Shown: positions 1-14,939 of the stretch, piece by piece
How positions within the stretch are numbered: the stretch's first letter is position 1
Layout of the letters: each line of letters begins with the position of its first letter
NCBI GenBank assembly: GCA_951406725.2
Contig: OX597839.1
Coordinates: forward strand, 33,728,001-33,792,000
Origin: Octopus vulgaris
Lineage: Eukaryota
Reading direction: 5' to 3'
DNA length: 64,000 nucleotides
Program-made: the position numbers and the translations under genes
The notes under the pieces: generated by a model
Databases searched by the model: none
Told to the model about the DNA's origin: nothing
What the model saw: the letters and a program-made list of their open reading frames with translations, nothing else

Positions 1-256
1 GTTTCTAAAAGATAAAATAACTCTGATTTACGTCATCAGGAACTATCCAGAACTTTGAAGAAAATTTGATTGGTTGAAGGAAATTTAAGAAGAGCCATTG
101 AAATGTATAAGTTTGTAACCAGACTACATTACACGAAACGTTTATCTTCGTAAATCAGGAAGTTAAAAGGTGGACAGTTTGGCTTTCTTTTCTCGTGAAA
201 AAATTGCTATTCTTTACAGTTTCACATTCTTGTAATATTAAAAATTTTATATAAAC

Positions 257-1222
257 ATGAATGCTGAGAAACTATATTATATTTCTAAGAATCAATTTCA
301 AAAACTCCGAGTCGATTTTGTAAAATATTTGGACGATATAGATTCGTTTTTAGACGAAGCTTTAGACAATGGTTTGTTAACTCAGAGCAATATAGAGGGA
401 ATCATGTCTGAAAAAGATTCTAACAGCCAGAAACGACGGTTACACAATATCTTATATAAGAAACTACCAGACGGGTCCCGTGAATTTGTGTCAGCTTTAA
501 AAAAGTCAGAACATGAGGAAATAATCACTCTATTAGACGAACAGTCAGTCTACCCGATGAAATTCAAAACACATGGTCGAGTTGTATTAATAAATAATGT
601 GAAATTTGACGATGAAGAGAAGTATCCAGAAAGGCTCGGAAGCGAAAAAGATGTGGAGGGTATCACGAAACTTTTCACTGCTTTCAATTTCGATGTTCAA
701 CTTTATTCTAATAAAACGGCCGAGGAAATGGAAGATTCGATTCTAAAAGAAGCTGCAGAAAGTACAGCCAATGAGGATTGTTTCGTTATGTTCTTGATGT
801 CACACGGTGCTTTAGGGAATATTGTCGGAGTTGATGGTGAGAAATTACCTTATTCCACTATTAACAAAATTCTAAAGAAGAGCACTCCCTTGAAAAACAA
901 ACCAAAACTCATTTATGTAAATACTTGTGAAATTAATCCTACCGAGAAAGATATCAAGAAATATTTCAACGTTCCAGATCTCTATGTTACGTTTGCCACT
1001 GTTCCAGAAAGCCTAGCTTTTCCAACTGATGAAAGTGGTTCTGTTTTCATAAAATGTTTAATCAGTGTTTATGAAACGAACAAAGATAGATGTGACATCT
1101 CTTCATTATCACTTGATATAAATTCACAAGTTTCGAAGGAAGGCAATGAGATTTCCATGGATCAGGTTTCAAGTTCTTTCTCTACGTTGAAGAAAAATGT
1201 GATACTTCGAGCCAAAGACTAA
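257..1222 (+). CDS. CARD-caspase paralog, class A (copy A1), intact, 321 aa
   Basis: N-terminal ~95 aa CARD-like pattern (RVDF..LD..L..GLLT..I.S....QKRRLH..L.KK). Caspase motifs [26 protein letters not shown] (catalytic His), [11 protein letters not shown] (catalytic Cys at the QACxG position), [18 protein letters not shown]. Uninterrupted ORF. Confidence 0.9.
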   Translation: MNAEKLYYISKNQFQKLRVDFVKYLDDIDSFLDEALDNGLLTQSNIEGIMSEKDSNSQKRRLHNILYKKLPDGSREFVSALKKSEHEEIITLLDEQSVYPMKFKTHGRVVLINNVKFDDEEKYPERLGSEKDVEGITKLFTAFNFDVQLYSNKTAEEMEDSILKEAAESTANEDCFVMFLMSHGALGNIVGVDGEKLPYSTINKILKKSTPLKNKPKLIYVNTCEINPTEKDIKKYFNVPDLYVTFATVPESLAFPTDESGSVFIKCLISVYETNKDRCDISSLSLDINSQVSKEGNEISMDQVSSSFSTLKKNVILRAKD

Positions 1223-1303
1223 CCAGATTCCGTCCCAATTCTCTCTTCTCCTTCTCTCATTAAAATATAAAGAAATTGAACAACAATAGTATGTACGTTA
1301 AAT

Positions 1304-1758
<455 letters not shown>

Positions 1759-2270
1759 TTATATATATATATTATATATCTAGAAATTAGTGGTTAACTC
1801 TCTAATAATTTATGTATAAATTTGTATTTTCTCCGTAGATTTCTGTGCTCAGCCACTCGGTGTTAAATTAATGATATTATTAAATTAATATTAATTTTTC
1901 ACCCTCATTTATAAATATTATATATATAGATATATTATATACATATATATACACATACATATGTACTTATATATATATATACACACTCACACGCACATAT
2001 ATATATATAGATATATTATATACATATATATACACATACATATGTACTTATATATATATACACACACTCACACGCACATATATATATATATACAGAGAGA
2101 GAGAGAGAGAGAGAGATATTACTTTTTTTTACGTGTTTCAGTCAGTTGACTGTGGCTATGCTGGAGCTCCGCCTTTAAGATATATATATATATTATATAT
2201 ATAGATATATTATATACATATATATACACAAACATATGTACACATAGACACACACACACATATATATATA

Positions 2271-2355
<85 letters not shown>

Positions 2356-2382
2356 ACACACACACACACATATATATATATA

Positions 2383-2790
2383 GTAATGTGGGGAAAACTC
2401 CGATCTTGTGAATTTTCCGAAGTCCTCTCCCCACCCTCCCGTTGCTTTGCACGCATTTTTTTTTGTTCATATTCGCATCCTTTTCATTGTTTTACACCCA
2501 TTCCAGTATTTTTTCTTTTCTTTTCGCTTTGCATTTCCTAAACATTAACCATAAGTCTGAATAAAATTTGTTATAAACCCGTTCAAAGAAGGATTTTATT
2601 CCAATATTATATTGCTCGCCGACTGACCCTTTAATCACGTCTGACCAACGTCTGTCCGACTGTCCCTTTAATCACGTCTGGCCAACGTCTGGCCAACGTC
2701 TGTCCGACTGTCCCATTAATCACGTCTGGCCAACGAGACAGACGAGTTGTTTGTTATTAGATAAGGACAATAACCATCTATAAACATTAC
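2383..2790. mobile_element. Repeated element with internal 37-bp minisatellite, possibly solo-LTR-like; other copies at 8989-9533, 15444-16048, 31301-32114, 50789-51601
   Basis: The same flanks occur in five copies. Ends gtaatgt...acattac form a 7-bp inverted terminus. The LTR assignment is tentative. Confidence 0.4.
2619..2735. repeat. 37-bp minisatellite (ccgactgwcccwttaatcacgtctggccaacgtctgt), ~3 units
   Basis: Direct tandem units without spacers. Confidence 0.9.
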
Positions 2791-2906
2791 GCCGCACTTT
2801 CGTACTTAACGCAAAATGAGATATTTATATTTTTACTTATTATTTACTATTCTAGAAAGGAATTAATGATGGCATATTATAATTCATAACGCAAACACAC
2901 GTGCGT

Positions 2907-2940
<34 letters not shown>

Positions 2941-2959
2941 TTATATACCTGTGTCACTA

Positions 2960-3343
2960 TCTCTCTCTATATAAACGGCAGTTTGTCTGTGCGTGTTTCT
3001 GTGTGTCTGTTTGCTTGTACCCTCACCCTGACCACGGCTTTCAACCGATTCTGATGAAACTTGACACACACATAGCCCAATGTCATAATTCAAAACTAAC
3101 GCAGCGAAAATTTTGAAAAGTTCCCCCAGTTCTGAAAAAATCGATAAATTCGACATGGGGTCGAGAATCAGAAACACAAACCGCAAACTGTCTAGGGGAC
3201 GCAACTCCACCTTTTTTTACTCTCAAAAAAAATTTACCATCATTTTTTTCCATTTTTTTCGCTATTTTTTGGCTATAACTCTCTAAAAATGCGTTATAGT
3301 TATTTCCCTTACAAACCTGAGCAATGCCGGGCGATACTGCTAG
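2960..3343 (+). mobile_element. Non-autonomous Helitron-type element
   Basis: 5' TC after an A, 3' CTAG before a T, subterminal GC-rich hairpin (cctgagcaatgccggg), internal TGTC/TGTG microsatellite. Absent at the paralogous sites near 16220, 32288 and 51770. Confidence 0.75.
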
Positions 3344-3372
3344 TATAAATATCATTGTCAGATTTCATCGGC

Positions 3373-3420
3373 TGACGTCACACGTAACATTTTTGCCTTC
3401 GCAAACCAGGAAGTGAAACT
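3373..3420 (+). promoter_or_regulatory. Putative class B promoter module: palindromic CRE TGACGTCA (3373-3380) and ETS-IRF composite GGAAGTGAAAC (3409-3419)
   Basis: Exact motif matches ~80-125 bp upstream of the ATG. The GGAAGTGAAA motif is conserved upstream of most paralogs. Confidence 0.45.
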
Positions 3421-3499
3421 GTTGAACTTTATTTTCCCAGTGAAAATTGATAATTTTTACAGATTTCTCTTGTTTTAACATCTATAATCTTATACAAAC

Positions 3500-4582
3500 A
3501 TGAGCAGTGAACAAGGACATCATATTTCTCAGGAACGATTTATGCAAATCCGAGTTGATTTTAAAGAACACATGGACGATATCAGATCATTTTTAGATTT
3601 TGCTGTGCCCAGTGGTTTATTGACTGATAGACAGGAACATGAAATAAAGTCCAAAACAAATTCTGACGAGCAAACCCGAAAGTTACATGATTATATATTT
3701 AAAAAACTTCCGTATGATTCAGATAAATTGATGTCAGCCTTGAACGAGTCGGAACATTTTAAGATATTTGATCTTTTAGACGAAGTGACAGTCTACCCGA
3801 TGAAAAACAAACCACACGGTCGTGTTATATTAATAAATAACTTAAAATTTGACGATGGGAGTAAATACAATAAAAGGCTCGGAAGCGAAAAGGATGTGGA
3901 AGGTATCACGGAACTTTTCAAGGCTTTCAACTTCGAAGTTCGTTCTTATCTTAATAAAACAGCGGAAGAAATGAAAGATATAACTACAAAAGAAGCTTCA
4001 GAAAGTACAGCCAGTGAAGACTGTTTCGTTATGTTCTTCATGTCCCATGGGACTGTAGGGAATATCATTGGAACTGATGGTAAGGAATTATCTTATTCCA
4101 TTATTCATACCATTCTAAAGGAGAGTTCTCAGTTGAAAGACAAACCAAAGCTCATTTATGTAAACACTTGTCAAGTTAAACCTATGGTGGATAATGTCCC
4201 GAAAGGCACCGACGCTTCTTCAACTAAAGAAAATACTTGTCGAAGTGAAACTCAAGTCAAAGTTGACGCAGAATGTAGCAGCGCTGGCGAAAGTAATTCT
4301 GAAAAGGAATACATCGGGCAATATTTCAACGTTCCAGATCTCTATGTTACTTTTGCCACCGTTCCAGAAGGCATTAATTATCGAACTAAGGAAAGTGGTA
4401 CTGTTTTCATAAAAAGTTTAATCAGTGTTTATGAAACGAACAAAGATAGATGTGACATCTCATCATTATCATCTGATATAAATTCAGAACTTTCGAAGGA
4501 ATGCAAAGAGATTAACATGGATCAGGTTTCAAGTTGTTATTCCACCTTGAAGAGAAAGGTGATTCTTCGAGCCACAGATTAA
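3500..4582 (+). CDS. CARD-caspase paralog, class B, intact, 360 aa, catalytic His/Cys retained, long inter-subunit linker
   Basis: Divergent CARD. Motifs KRLGSEKD, FFMSHG, YVNTCQ, GINYRT, with both S1-pocket Arg equivalents present. Confidence 0.9.
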   Translation: MSSEQGHHISQERFMQIRVDFKEHMDDIRSFLDFAVPSGLLTDRQEHEIKSKTNSDEQTRKLHDYIFKKLPYDSDKLMSALNESEHFKIFDLLDEVTVYPMKNKPHGRVILINNLKFDDGSKYNKRLGSEKDVEGITELFKAFNFEVRSYLNKTAEEMKDITTKEASESTASEDCFVMFFMSHGTVGNIIGTDGKELSYSIIHTILKESSQLKDKPKLIYVNTCQVKPMVDNVPKGTDASSTKENTCRSETQVKVDAECSSAGESNSEKEYIGQYFNVPDLYVTFATVPEGINYRTKESGTVFIKSLISVYETNKDRCDISSLSSDINSELSKECKEINMDQVSSCYSTLKRKVILRATD

Positions 4583-5269
4583 CCTAATCCTCTCTTCTCC
4601 TTCTTTCATTAAAATATAAAGAAATTGAACAACAATGGTATGTACGTTAAACCTTTCCAAATTCGCCTCCATCCACAACCTAATCTGTTAATCTTGGATT
4701 CCACTTCACCTGACTAATACTTATTTCTGATTTCGGTACAAAGCCAACAATTTAAAGAGGAGGACTTATCAGACACCATTCTCTGCAGAACTTTATTTTA
4801 TTTTATAAATTACAAACGATATTTCTTTTGAATTCCTTGAGAAGTTGCTGTTGTTTTATGCGATTGGAAACCAACTGGATTCCACTGCATTCCGGTCGAG
4901 TGCAAGGAGGTACGAGGTAACTGTAGCAGTCTCACGCCTCTACTGTAGAAAAGCATCTCATACAAATAATCCAAGTTGTCTATACGCTTAAATAGGCATT
5001 ACGTACATACATACATACATACATACGTACATACATACATACATACATACATAACATACATACATACATACATACATACATACATACATACATACATACA
5101 TACATACGTACATACTTACATACATACACACACACATATATATATGTGTGGAGAGGGAAAATTTAAGATCTTTCCCTTCTACAAATGTCCGAAGAACGAC
5201 ACCTCTTTCAGGAGGAATATGGAAAAATATTTCATAGCTAAGTTGTCCCCCAAATTAAACGGCTGAAAC

Positions 5270-5553
5270 TTTACTCTTCATACATTGAAGGACAAATCTT
5301 TCGATTTACAATATAATATAGTAGAACATTTAATATGTGTGTGTGTGTATATATATATATATATAGGTGTGTGTATATATATATTACCTGTTATATACAT
5401 TATATTGGTTTTGTAATTTACTTGATCTTTACTTGCCAATTGTCATTCTAATTTTAACCTTCCTATGATATGCAATTTTCAAGATGGTGTAATTTGATTG
5501 TTCATTTTGAATCGATAGAAGGTGGGGTTTTTTCTAATATTTCATGTGTAAGC

Positions 5554-5596
<43 letters not shown>

Positions 5597-5900
5597 CATT
5601 GAAGGACACATTTTTCGATTTACAATCTAATATAGAAGAACATTTAGTATATGTCTGTATATGTATATAATTGTGTGTGTGTATATATATATATACATTG
5701 CCTGTTATATGCATTATATTATTTTTATATTTTTATAATTTACTTCCATCTTCACTTTTTAATTGTCACTTTAATTTTAACTTTCCTATGATATACAATT
5801 TTCAAGATGGTGTAATTTAGTTGTTCATTTTGAACCGATAAAAGTTTTTTTTTCAAATATTTCATGTATAAGTCTGTGTATATATATGTAGTGGTATAAA
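5270..5900. repeat. Intergenic ~310-bp tandem duplication with (TA)n and (TG)n tracts, repeated in several array units
   Basis: Two diverged copies of cattgaaggaca...cgatttacaat...cctatgatat.caattttcaagatggtgtaattt. Also near 11670, 18790, 21350, 34860 and 37370. Confidence 0.7.
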
Positions 5901-6860
5901 TATCAACACAATTTTTTTCCCTTAATCCCTTATTTTTATTTCCCTTTTCTCTTTTTGTCTCTCTCCCCTTCTCCAAACACACAGACACACACACACGCAT
6001 GACATGACTTTTTCAAGGCTGACATCAACTCGTCTGAAACATTCCAAGTTCGACCGTCAAACTTAGATAAGTTCTATTGGTTTAACTCAGCATTTCGGGG
6101 TAAAATAGAGGTAAATAGAGATAAGCGAATTCATTTCCCATTCTACTCCGATCCACATTCAACAATCCAACATGTATAACTACGAATCCTCTCAGAATAT
6201 TCGGTAACAATCGTTTTCGCTTTCAGACGACGCACTCACAGTATTTTTAGCAAATCACTTCTTCCTAACATCCGCAACATCCGCAGTTATTACCAAACGT
6301 GCTCTCGTTTTGTCTTTGTTATTTTCGCCCTTAGCATTTTAAAACGGCCGACTGCCACAGCATTTTGTGTTCTGACAGTAACATCGAATTAACAGGAAAA
6401 TAAAATCTGTAAGAAACAGCTTCCTTCTTTCTCTTCATTTTTATGTTGCATGTTTCGCTGACCCACGAACATCAAATCTTCTCAGTGTAACACAATCGGT
6501 TAGAACTATGTGAAATGCGCATTTTCTAAAAGTATTCAGGTGAAACTATTTAATCGCTTGAACGACATGACTTTAAATATTTGTAGTTTCTTTGTTATTG
6601 GTTTCTAAAAGATAAAATAACTCTGATTTACGTCATCAGAGGAAAACTATCCAGAACTTTGAAGAAAATTTGATAGGTTGAAGGAAATTTAAGAAGAGCC
6701 ATTGAAATGTATAAGTTTGTAACCAGACTACATTACACGAAACGTTTATCTTCGTAAATCAGGAAGTTAAAAGGTGGACAGTTTGGCTTTCTTTTCTCGA
6801 GAAATAATTGCTATTATTTACAGTTTCACATTCTTGTAATATTAAAAATTTTATATAAAC

Positions 6861-7825
6861 ATGAATGCTGAGAAACTATATTATATTTCTAAGAATCAAT
6901 TTCAAAAACTCCGAGTCGATTTTGTAAAATATTTGGACGATATAGATTCGTTTTTAGACGAAGCTTTAGACAATGGTTTGTTAACTCAGAGCAATATAGA
7001 GGGAATCATGTCTGAAAAAGATTCTAACAGCCAGAAACGACGGTTACACAATATCTTATATAAGAAACTACCAGACGGGTCCCGTGAATTTGTGTCAGCT
7101 TTAAAAAAGTCAGAACATGAGGAAATAATCACTCTATTAGACGAACAGTCAGTCTACCCGATGAAATTCAAAACACATGGTCGAGTTGTATTAATAAATA
7201 ATGTGAAATTTGACGATGAAGAGAAGTATCCAGAAAGGCTCGGAAGCGAAAAAGATGTGGAGGGTATCACGAAACTTTTCACTGCTTTCAATTTCGATGT
7301 TCAACTTTATTCTAATAAAACGGCCGAGGAAATGGAAGATTCGATTCTAAAAGAAGCTGCAGAAAGTACAGCCAATGAGGATTGTTTCGTTATGTTCTTG
7401 ATGTCACACGGTGCTTTAGGGAATATTGTCGGAGTTGATGGTGAGAAATTACCTTATTCCACTATTAACAAAATTCTAAAGAAGAGCACTCCTTGAAAAA
7501 CAAACCAAAACTCATTTATGTAAATACTTGTGAAATTAATCCTACCGAGAAAGATATCAAGAAATATTTCAACGTTCCAGATCTCTATGTTACGTTTGCC
7601 ACTGTTCCAGAAAGCCTAGCTTTTCCAACTGATGAAAGTGGTTCTGTTTTCATAAAATGTTTAATCAGTGTTTATGAAACGAACAAAGATAGATGTGACA
7701 TCTCTTCATTATCACTTGATATAAATTCACAAGTTTCGAAGGAAGGCAATGAGATTTCCATGGATCAGGTTTCAAGTTCTTTCTCTACGTTGAAGAAAAA
7801 TGTGATACTTCGAGCCAAAGACTAA
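6861..7825 (+). pseudogene. Class A copy A2 with a 1-bp deletion near 7492; predicted 211-aa product lacking the catalytic Cys
   Basis: Essentially identical to A1 except actccttga versus actcccttga. Confidence 0.75.
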
Positions 7826-7905
7826 CCAGATTCCGTCCCAATTCTCTCTTCTCCTTCTCTCATTAAAATATAAAGAAATTGAACAACAATAGTATGTACG
7901 TTAAA

Positions 7906-8317
<412 letters not shown>

Positions 8318-8522
8318 TTATATATATATATTATATATCTAGAAATTAGTGGTTAACTCTCTAATAATTTATGTATAAATTTGTATTTTCTCCGTAGTTT
8401 TTTGTGCTAAGCCACTCGGTGTTAAAATAATGGTATTATTAAATTAATATTAATTTTTCACCCTCATTTATAAATATTATATATATAGATATATTATATA
8501 CATATATATACACATACATATG

Positions 8523-8555
<33 letters not shown>

Positions 8556-8556
8556 G

Positions 8557-8598
<42 letters not shown>

Positions 8599-8773
8599 GA
8601 GAGAGAGAGAGAGAGAGATATTACTTTTTTTTACGGGTTTCAGTCATTTGACTGTGGCTATGCTGGAGCACCGCCCTTAAGATATATATATATTATATAT
8701 ATAGATATATTACATACATATATATACACAAACATATGTACACATACACACACACACATATATATATATATAG

Positions 8774-8812
<39 letters not shown>

Positions 8813-8936
8813 CATACACACACACACACACACACACGCGCACACACATATATATATATATATACATACACAAACACACACACACATATATATATACATA
8901 CACATACACACACACACACATATATATATACATACA

Positions 8937-8982
<46 letters not shown>

Positions 8983-9224
8983 AATATAGTAATGAGGGGA
9001 AAACTCCGATCTTGTGAATTTTCCGAAGTCCTCTCCCCACCCTCCCGTTGCTTTGCACGCATTTTTTTTGTTCATATTCGCTTCCTTTTCATTGTTTTAC
9101 ACCCATTCCAGTATTTTTTCTTTTCTGTTTCACTTTTCATTTCCTAAACATTAACCATAAGTCTGAATAAAATTTGTCATAAACCCGTTCAAAGAAGGAT
9201 TTTGTTCCAATATTATATTGCTCG

Positions 9225-9478
9225 CCGACTGACCCTTTAATCACGTCTGGCAAACGTCTGTCCGACTGTCCCTTTAATCACGTCTGGCCAACGTCTGTCC
9301 GACTGACCCATTAATCACGTCTGGCCAACGTCTGTCCGACTGACCCATTAATCACGTCTGGCCAACGTCTGTCCGACTGACCCATTAATCACGTCTGGCC
9401 AACGTCTGTCCGACTGACCCTTTAATCACGTCTGTCCCACGTCTGTCCGACTGACCCATTAATCACATCTGGCCAACG
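9225..9478. repeat. 37-bp minisatellite, ~7 units
   Basis: Tandem units. Confidence 0.9.
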
Positions 9479-9623
9479 AGACAGACGAGTTGTTTGTTAT
9501 TAGATAAGGACAATAACCATCTATAAACATTACGCCGCACTTTCGTACTTAAAGCAAAATGAGATATTTATATTTTTACTTATTATTTACTATTGTAGAA
9601 AGGAATTAATGATGGCATATTAT

Positions 9624-10645
9624 CAAATTTGAGTTTATTTTAAAGACTACATGCACGATATCGGATCATTTTTACATTTTGCTGTGTCCAGTGGTTTATT
9701 GACTGAGGGACATAGAGATGTAATAATGTCCGAAAGAAATCCTGACGAGCAAACCCGAAAGTTACATGATTATATATGTAAAAAACTTCCGGATGATTCA
9801 GATAAATTGATGTCAGCCTTGGAAGAGTCGGAACATTTTATGATATTTGGACTTTTAGACCGCAGGGTCGTGTTATATTAATAAATAATTTAAAATTTGA
9901 CGATGAGAAGAAATACAATGAAAGGCTCGGAAGCGAAAAGGATGTGGAAGGTATCACGGAACTTTTCAAGGCTTTCAATTTCGATGTTCAACTTTATTCA
10001 AATAAAACGGCCGAGGAAATGGAAGGAATAATTGAGAAAGCATCGCAGGAAAGTACAGCCAGTGAAGATTGTTTCGTTATGTTCTTGATGTCCCATGGTG
10101 TTAGAGGGAGTATCATTGGAACTGATGGTAAGGAATTATCTTATTCCATTATTAACGACGCTCTTAAGAAGAGGTCTCCGCTGAAAGACAAACCAAAGCT
10201 CATTTACGTAAATACTTATCAATTTAAACATGAGAAGGATAATGTCCCGAAAGGGACCGACGCTTGTTCAACTAAAGAAAATACTTGTCGAAGTGAAACT
10301 CAATTCAAAGTTGACGCAGAATGTAGCAGCGCTGTCGAAAGTAATTCTGAAAAGGAATACATCGGGCAATATTTCAACGTTCCAGATCTCTATGTTACTT
10401 TTGCCTCCGTTCCAGAAGGCCTTGCTTACCGAACTGAGGAAAGTGGTTCTTTTTTCATAAAAAGTCTAATCAGTGTTTATGAAAGGAACAAAGATAGATG
10501 TGACATCTCATCATTATCACTTGATATAAATTCAGAAGTTTCGAAGGATTGCAAAGAGATTCACATGGATCAGGATTCCAAGGATCAGGTTTCAAGTTAT
10601 TATTCCACCTTGAAGAGAAAGGTGATTCTTCGAGCAACAGATTAA
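9624..10645 (+). pseudogene. Chimeric CARD-caspase pseudogene: B-type CARD with a Cys>Tyr caspase half
   Basis: Promoter and first codons deleted (junction ggcatattat|caaatttga), CGA>TGA stop, ~31-bp frameshifting deletion near 9860, NTYQ codon at 10217, 15-bp duplication near 10560. Confidence 0.8.
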
Positions 10646-11112
10646 CCTAATTCTCTCTTCTTCTTTCATTAAAATATAAAGAAATTGAACAACAATGGTA
10701 TGTACGTTAAACCTTTCCAAATTCGCCTCCATCCACAACCTAATCTGTTATTCTTGGATTCCACTTCACCTGACTAATAAGTATTTCTGATTTCGGTACA
10801 AAGCCAACAATTTAAAGAGGAGGACTTATCAGACACCATTCTCTGCAGAACTTTATTTTATTTTATAAATTACAAACGATATTTCTTTTGAATTCCTTGA
10901 GAAGTTGCTGTTGTTTTATGCGATTGGAAACCAACTGGATTCCACTGCATTCCGGTCGAGTGCAAGGGAGGTAACTGTAGCAGTCTCACGCCTCTACTGT
11001 AGAAAAGCCAAGTTGCTATACGCTAAATAGGCGGTTTTTGCTCCAGCATGACCTTGGTCGTGATGGCTTAAACGAAGCAAACGAGACCAGGAAGATCTCA
11101 GATCATTAAATA

Positions 11113-11118
<6 letters not shown>

Positions 11119-11148
<30 letters not shown>

Positions 11149-11545
11149 CATACATACATACATACTTACATGCATACATACATACATACGTACGTACATA
11201 CATACATACATACATACAAACATACATACATACATACATACATACATACATACATACATACATACATACATACATACATAACATACATACATACATACAT
11301 ACATACATACATACATACATACATACATACATACATACATACATACATACATACATACATACATACATACATACATACATACATACATACATACATACAT
11401 ACATACATACATACATACATAACATACATACATACATACATACATACATACATACATACATACAAACATACATACATACATACATACATACATACATACA
11501 TACATACATACATACATACGTACATACTTACATACATACATACAC
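11119..11545. repeat. (TACA)n microsatellite; similar tracts near 5000, 20945, 24575, 27817, 30923, 36988, 40591, 43805, 47211, 50401 and 63617 (reverse)
   Basis: Visible tetranucleotide repeat downstream of B, D and E class genes and the C-terminal fragments. Confidence 0.95.
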
Positions 11546-11723
11546 ACACATATATACATGTGGAGAGGGAAAATTTAAGATCTTTCCCTTCTACAAATGT
11601 CCGAGGAATATGGAAAAATATTTCATAGCTAAGTTCTCCTCCAAATTAAACGGCTGAAACTTTACTCATCATACATTGAAGGACAAATCTTTCGATTTAC
11701 AATATAATATAGTAGAACATTTA

Positions 11724-11763
<40 letters not shown>

Positions 11764-13281
11764 AGGTGTGTGTATATATATATTACCTGCTATATACATT
11801 ATATTGGTTTTGTAATTTACTTGATCTTTACTTGCCAATTGTCATTCTAATTTTAACCTTCCTATGATATGCAATTTTCAAGATGGTGTAATTTGATTGT
11901 TCATTTTGAATCGATAGAAGGTGGGTTTTTTCTAATATTTCATGTGTAATCATGTATATATATATATATTTATATATATATATATATATATATAGTGACA
12001 TTGAAGGACACATCTTTCGATTTACAATCTAATATAGAAGAACATTTAGTATATGTCTGTATATGTATATAATTGTGTGTGTGTGTATATATATATATAC
12101 ATTGCCTGTTATATGCATTATATTATTTTTATATTTTTATAATTTACTTCCATCTTCACTTTTTAATTGTCACTTTAATTTTAACTTTCCTATGATATAC
12201 AATTTTCAAGATGGTGTAATTTAGTTGTTCATTTTGAACCGATAAAAGGTTTTTTTTCAAATATTTCATGTATAAGTCTGTGTATATATATGTTGTGGTA
12301 TAAATATCAACACAATTTTTTTCCCCTTCCTCCCTTATTTTTATTTTCCCTTTTCTCTTTTTGTCTCTCTCCCCTTCTCCAAACACACAGACACACACAC
12401 ACAGACACACACACACGCATGACATGACTTTTTCAAGGCTGACATCAACTCGTCTGAAACATTCCAAGTTCGACCGTCAAACTTAGATAAGTTCTATTGG
12501 TTTAACTCAGCATTTCGGGGTAAAATAGAGGTAAATAGAGATAAGCGAATTCATTTCCCATTCTACTCCGATCCACATTCAACAATCCAACATGTATAAC
12601 TACGAATCCTCTCAGAATATTCGGTAACAATCGTTTTCGCTTTCAGACGACGCACTCACAGTATTTTTAGCAAATCACTTCTTCCTAACATCCGCAACAT
12701 CCGCAGTTATTACCAAACGTGCTCTCGTTTTGTCTTTGTTATTTTCGCCCTTAGCATTTTAAAACGGCCGACTGCCACAGCATTTTGTGTTCTGACAGTA
12801 ACATCGAATTAACAGGAAAATAAAATCTGTAAGAAACAGCTTCCTTCTTTTCTTCATTTTTATGTTGCATGTTTCGCTGACCCACGAACATCAAATCTTC
12901 TCAGTGTAACACAATCGGTTAGAACTATGTGAAATGCGCATTTTCTAAAAGTATTCAGGTGAAACTATTTAATCGCTTGAACGACATGACTTTAAATATT
13001 TGTAGTTTCTTTGTTATTGGTTTCTAAAAGAAAAAAATAACTCTGATTTACGTCATCAGAGGAAAACTATCCAGAACTTTGAAGAAAATTTGATAGGTTG
13101 AAGGAAATTTAAGAAGAGCCATTGAAATGTATAAGTTTGTAACCAGACTACATTACACGAAACGTTTATCTTCGTAAATCAGGAAGTTAAAAGGTGGACA
13201 GTTTGGCTTTCTTTTTCTCGTGAAAAAATTGTTATTATTTACAGTTTCACATTCTTGTAATATTAAAAATTTTATATAAAC

Positions 13282-14246
13282 ATGAATGCTGAGAAACTAT
13301 ATTATATTTCTAAGAATCAATTTCAAAAACTCCGAGTCGATTTTGTAAAATATTTGGACGATATAGATTCGTTTTTAGACGAAGCTTTAGACAATGGTTT
13401 GTTAACTCAGAGCAATATAGAGGGAATCATGTCTGAAAAAGATTCTAACAGCCAGAAACGACGGTTACACAATATCTTATATAAGAAACTACCAGACGGG
13501 TCCCGTGAATTTGTGTCAGCTTTAAAAAAGTCAGAACATGAGGAAATAATCACTCTATTAGACGAACAGTCAGTCTACCCGATGAAATTCAAAACACATG
13601 GTCGAGTTGTATTAATAAATAATGTGAAATTTGACGATGAAGAGAAGTATCCAGAAAGGCTCGGAAGCGAAAAAGATGTGGAGGGTATCACGAAACTTTT
13701 CACTGCTTTCAATTTCGATGTTCAACTTTATTCTAATAAAACGGCCGAGGAAATGGAAGATTCGATTCTAAAAGAAGCTGCAGAAAGTACAGCCAATGAG
13801 GATTGTTTCGTTATGTTCTTGATGTCACACGGTGCTTTAGGGAATATTGTCGGAGTTGATGGTGAGAAATTACCTTATTCCACTATTAACAAAATTCTAA
13901 AGAAGAGCACTCCTTGAAAAACAAACCAAAACTCATTTATGTAAATACTTGTGAAATTAATCCTACCGAGAAAGATATCAAGAAATATTTCAACGTTCCA
14001 GATCTCTATGTTACGTTTGCCACTGTTCCAGAAAGCCTAGCTTTTCCAACTGATGAAAGTGGTTCTGTTTTCATAAAATGTTTAATCAGTGTTTATGAAA
14101 CGATAAAAGATAGATGTGACATCTCTTCATTATCACTTGATATAAATTCACAAGTTTCGAAGGAAGGCAATGAGATTTCCATGGATCAGGTTTCAAGTTC
14201 TTTCTCTACGTTGAAGAAAAATGTGATACTTCGAGCCAAAGACTAA
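13282..14246 (+). pseudogene. Class A copy A3, same 1-bp deletion as A2
   Basis: The ORF track splits it into 211 aa and 110 aa at the same site. Confidence 0.75.
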
Positions 14247-14327
14247 CCAGATTCCGTCCCAATTCTCTCTTCTCCTTCTCTCATTAAAATATAAAGAAAT
14301 TGAACAACAATAGTATGTACGTTAAAT

Positions 14328-14939
<612 letters not shown>

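Noticed and set aside
257-1222. Assigning CASP1, CASP2, CASP9 or CFLAR orthology, or a bacterial origin
   Set aside because: CARD-caspase architecture alone does not fix orthology and a phylogeny is required. Motifs are metazoan caspase-type and the flanks are eukaryotic repeats.
7493-7825. Separate small-subunit genes or a programmed frameshift (also 13914, 26729, 46122)
   Set aside because: They are downstream halves of disrupted copies; no clear slippery site or stimulatory structure was seen. Re-initiation cannot be excluded but is unsupported.
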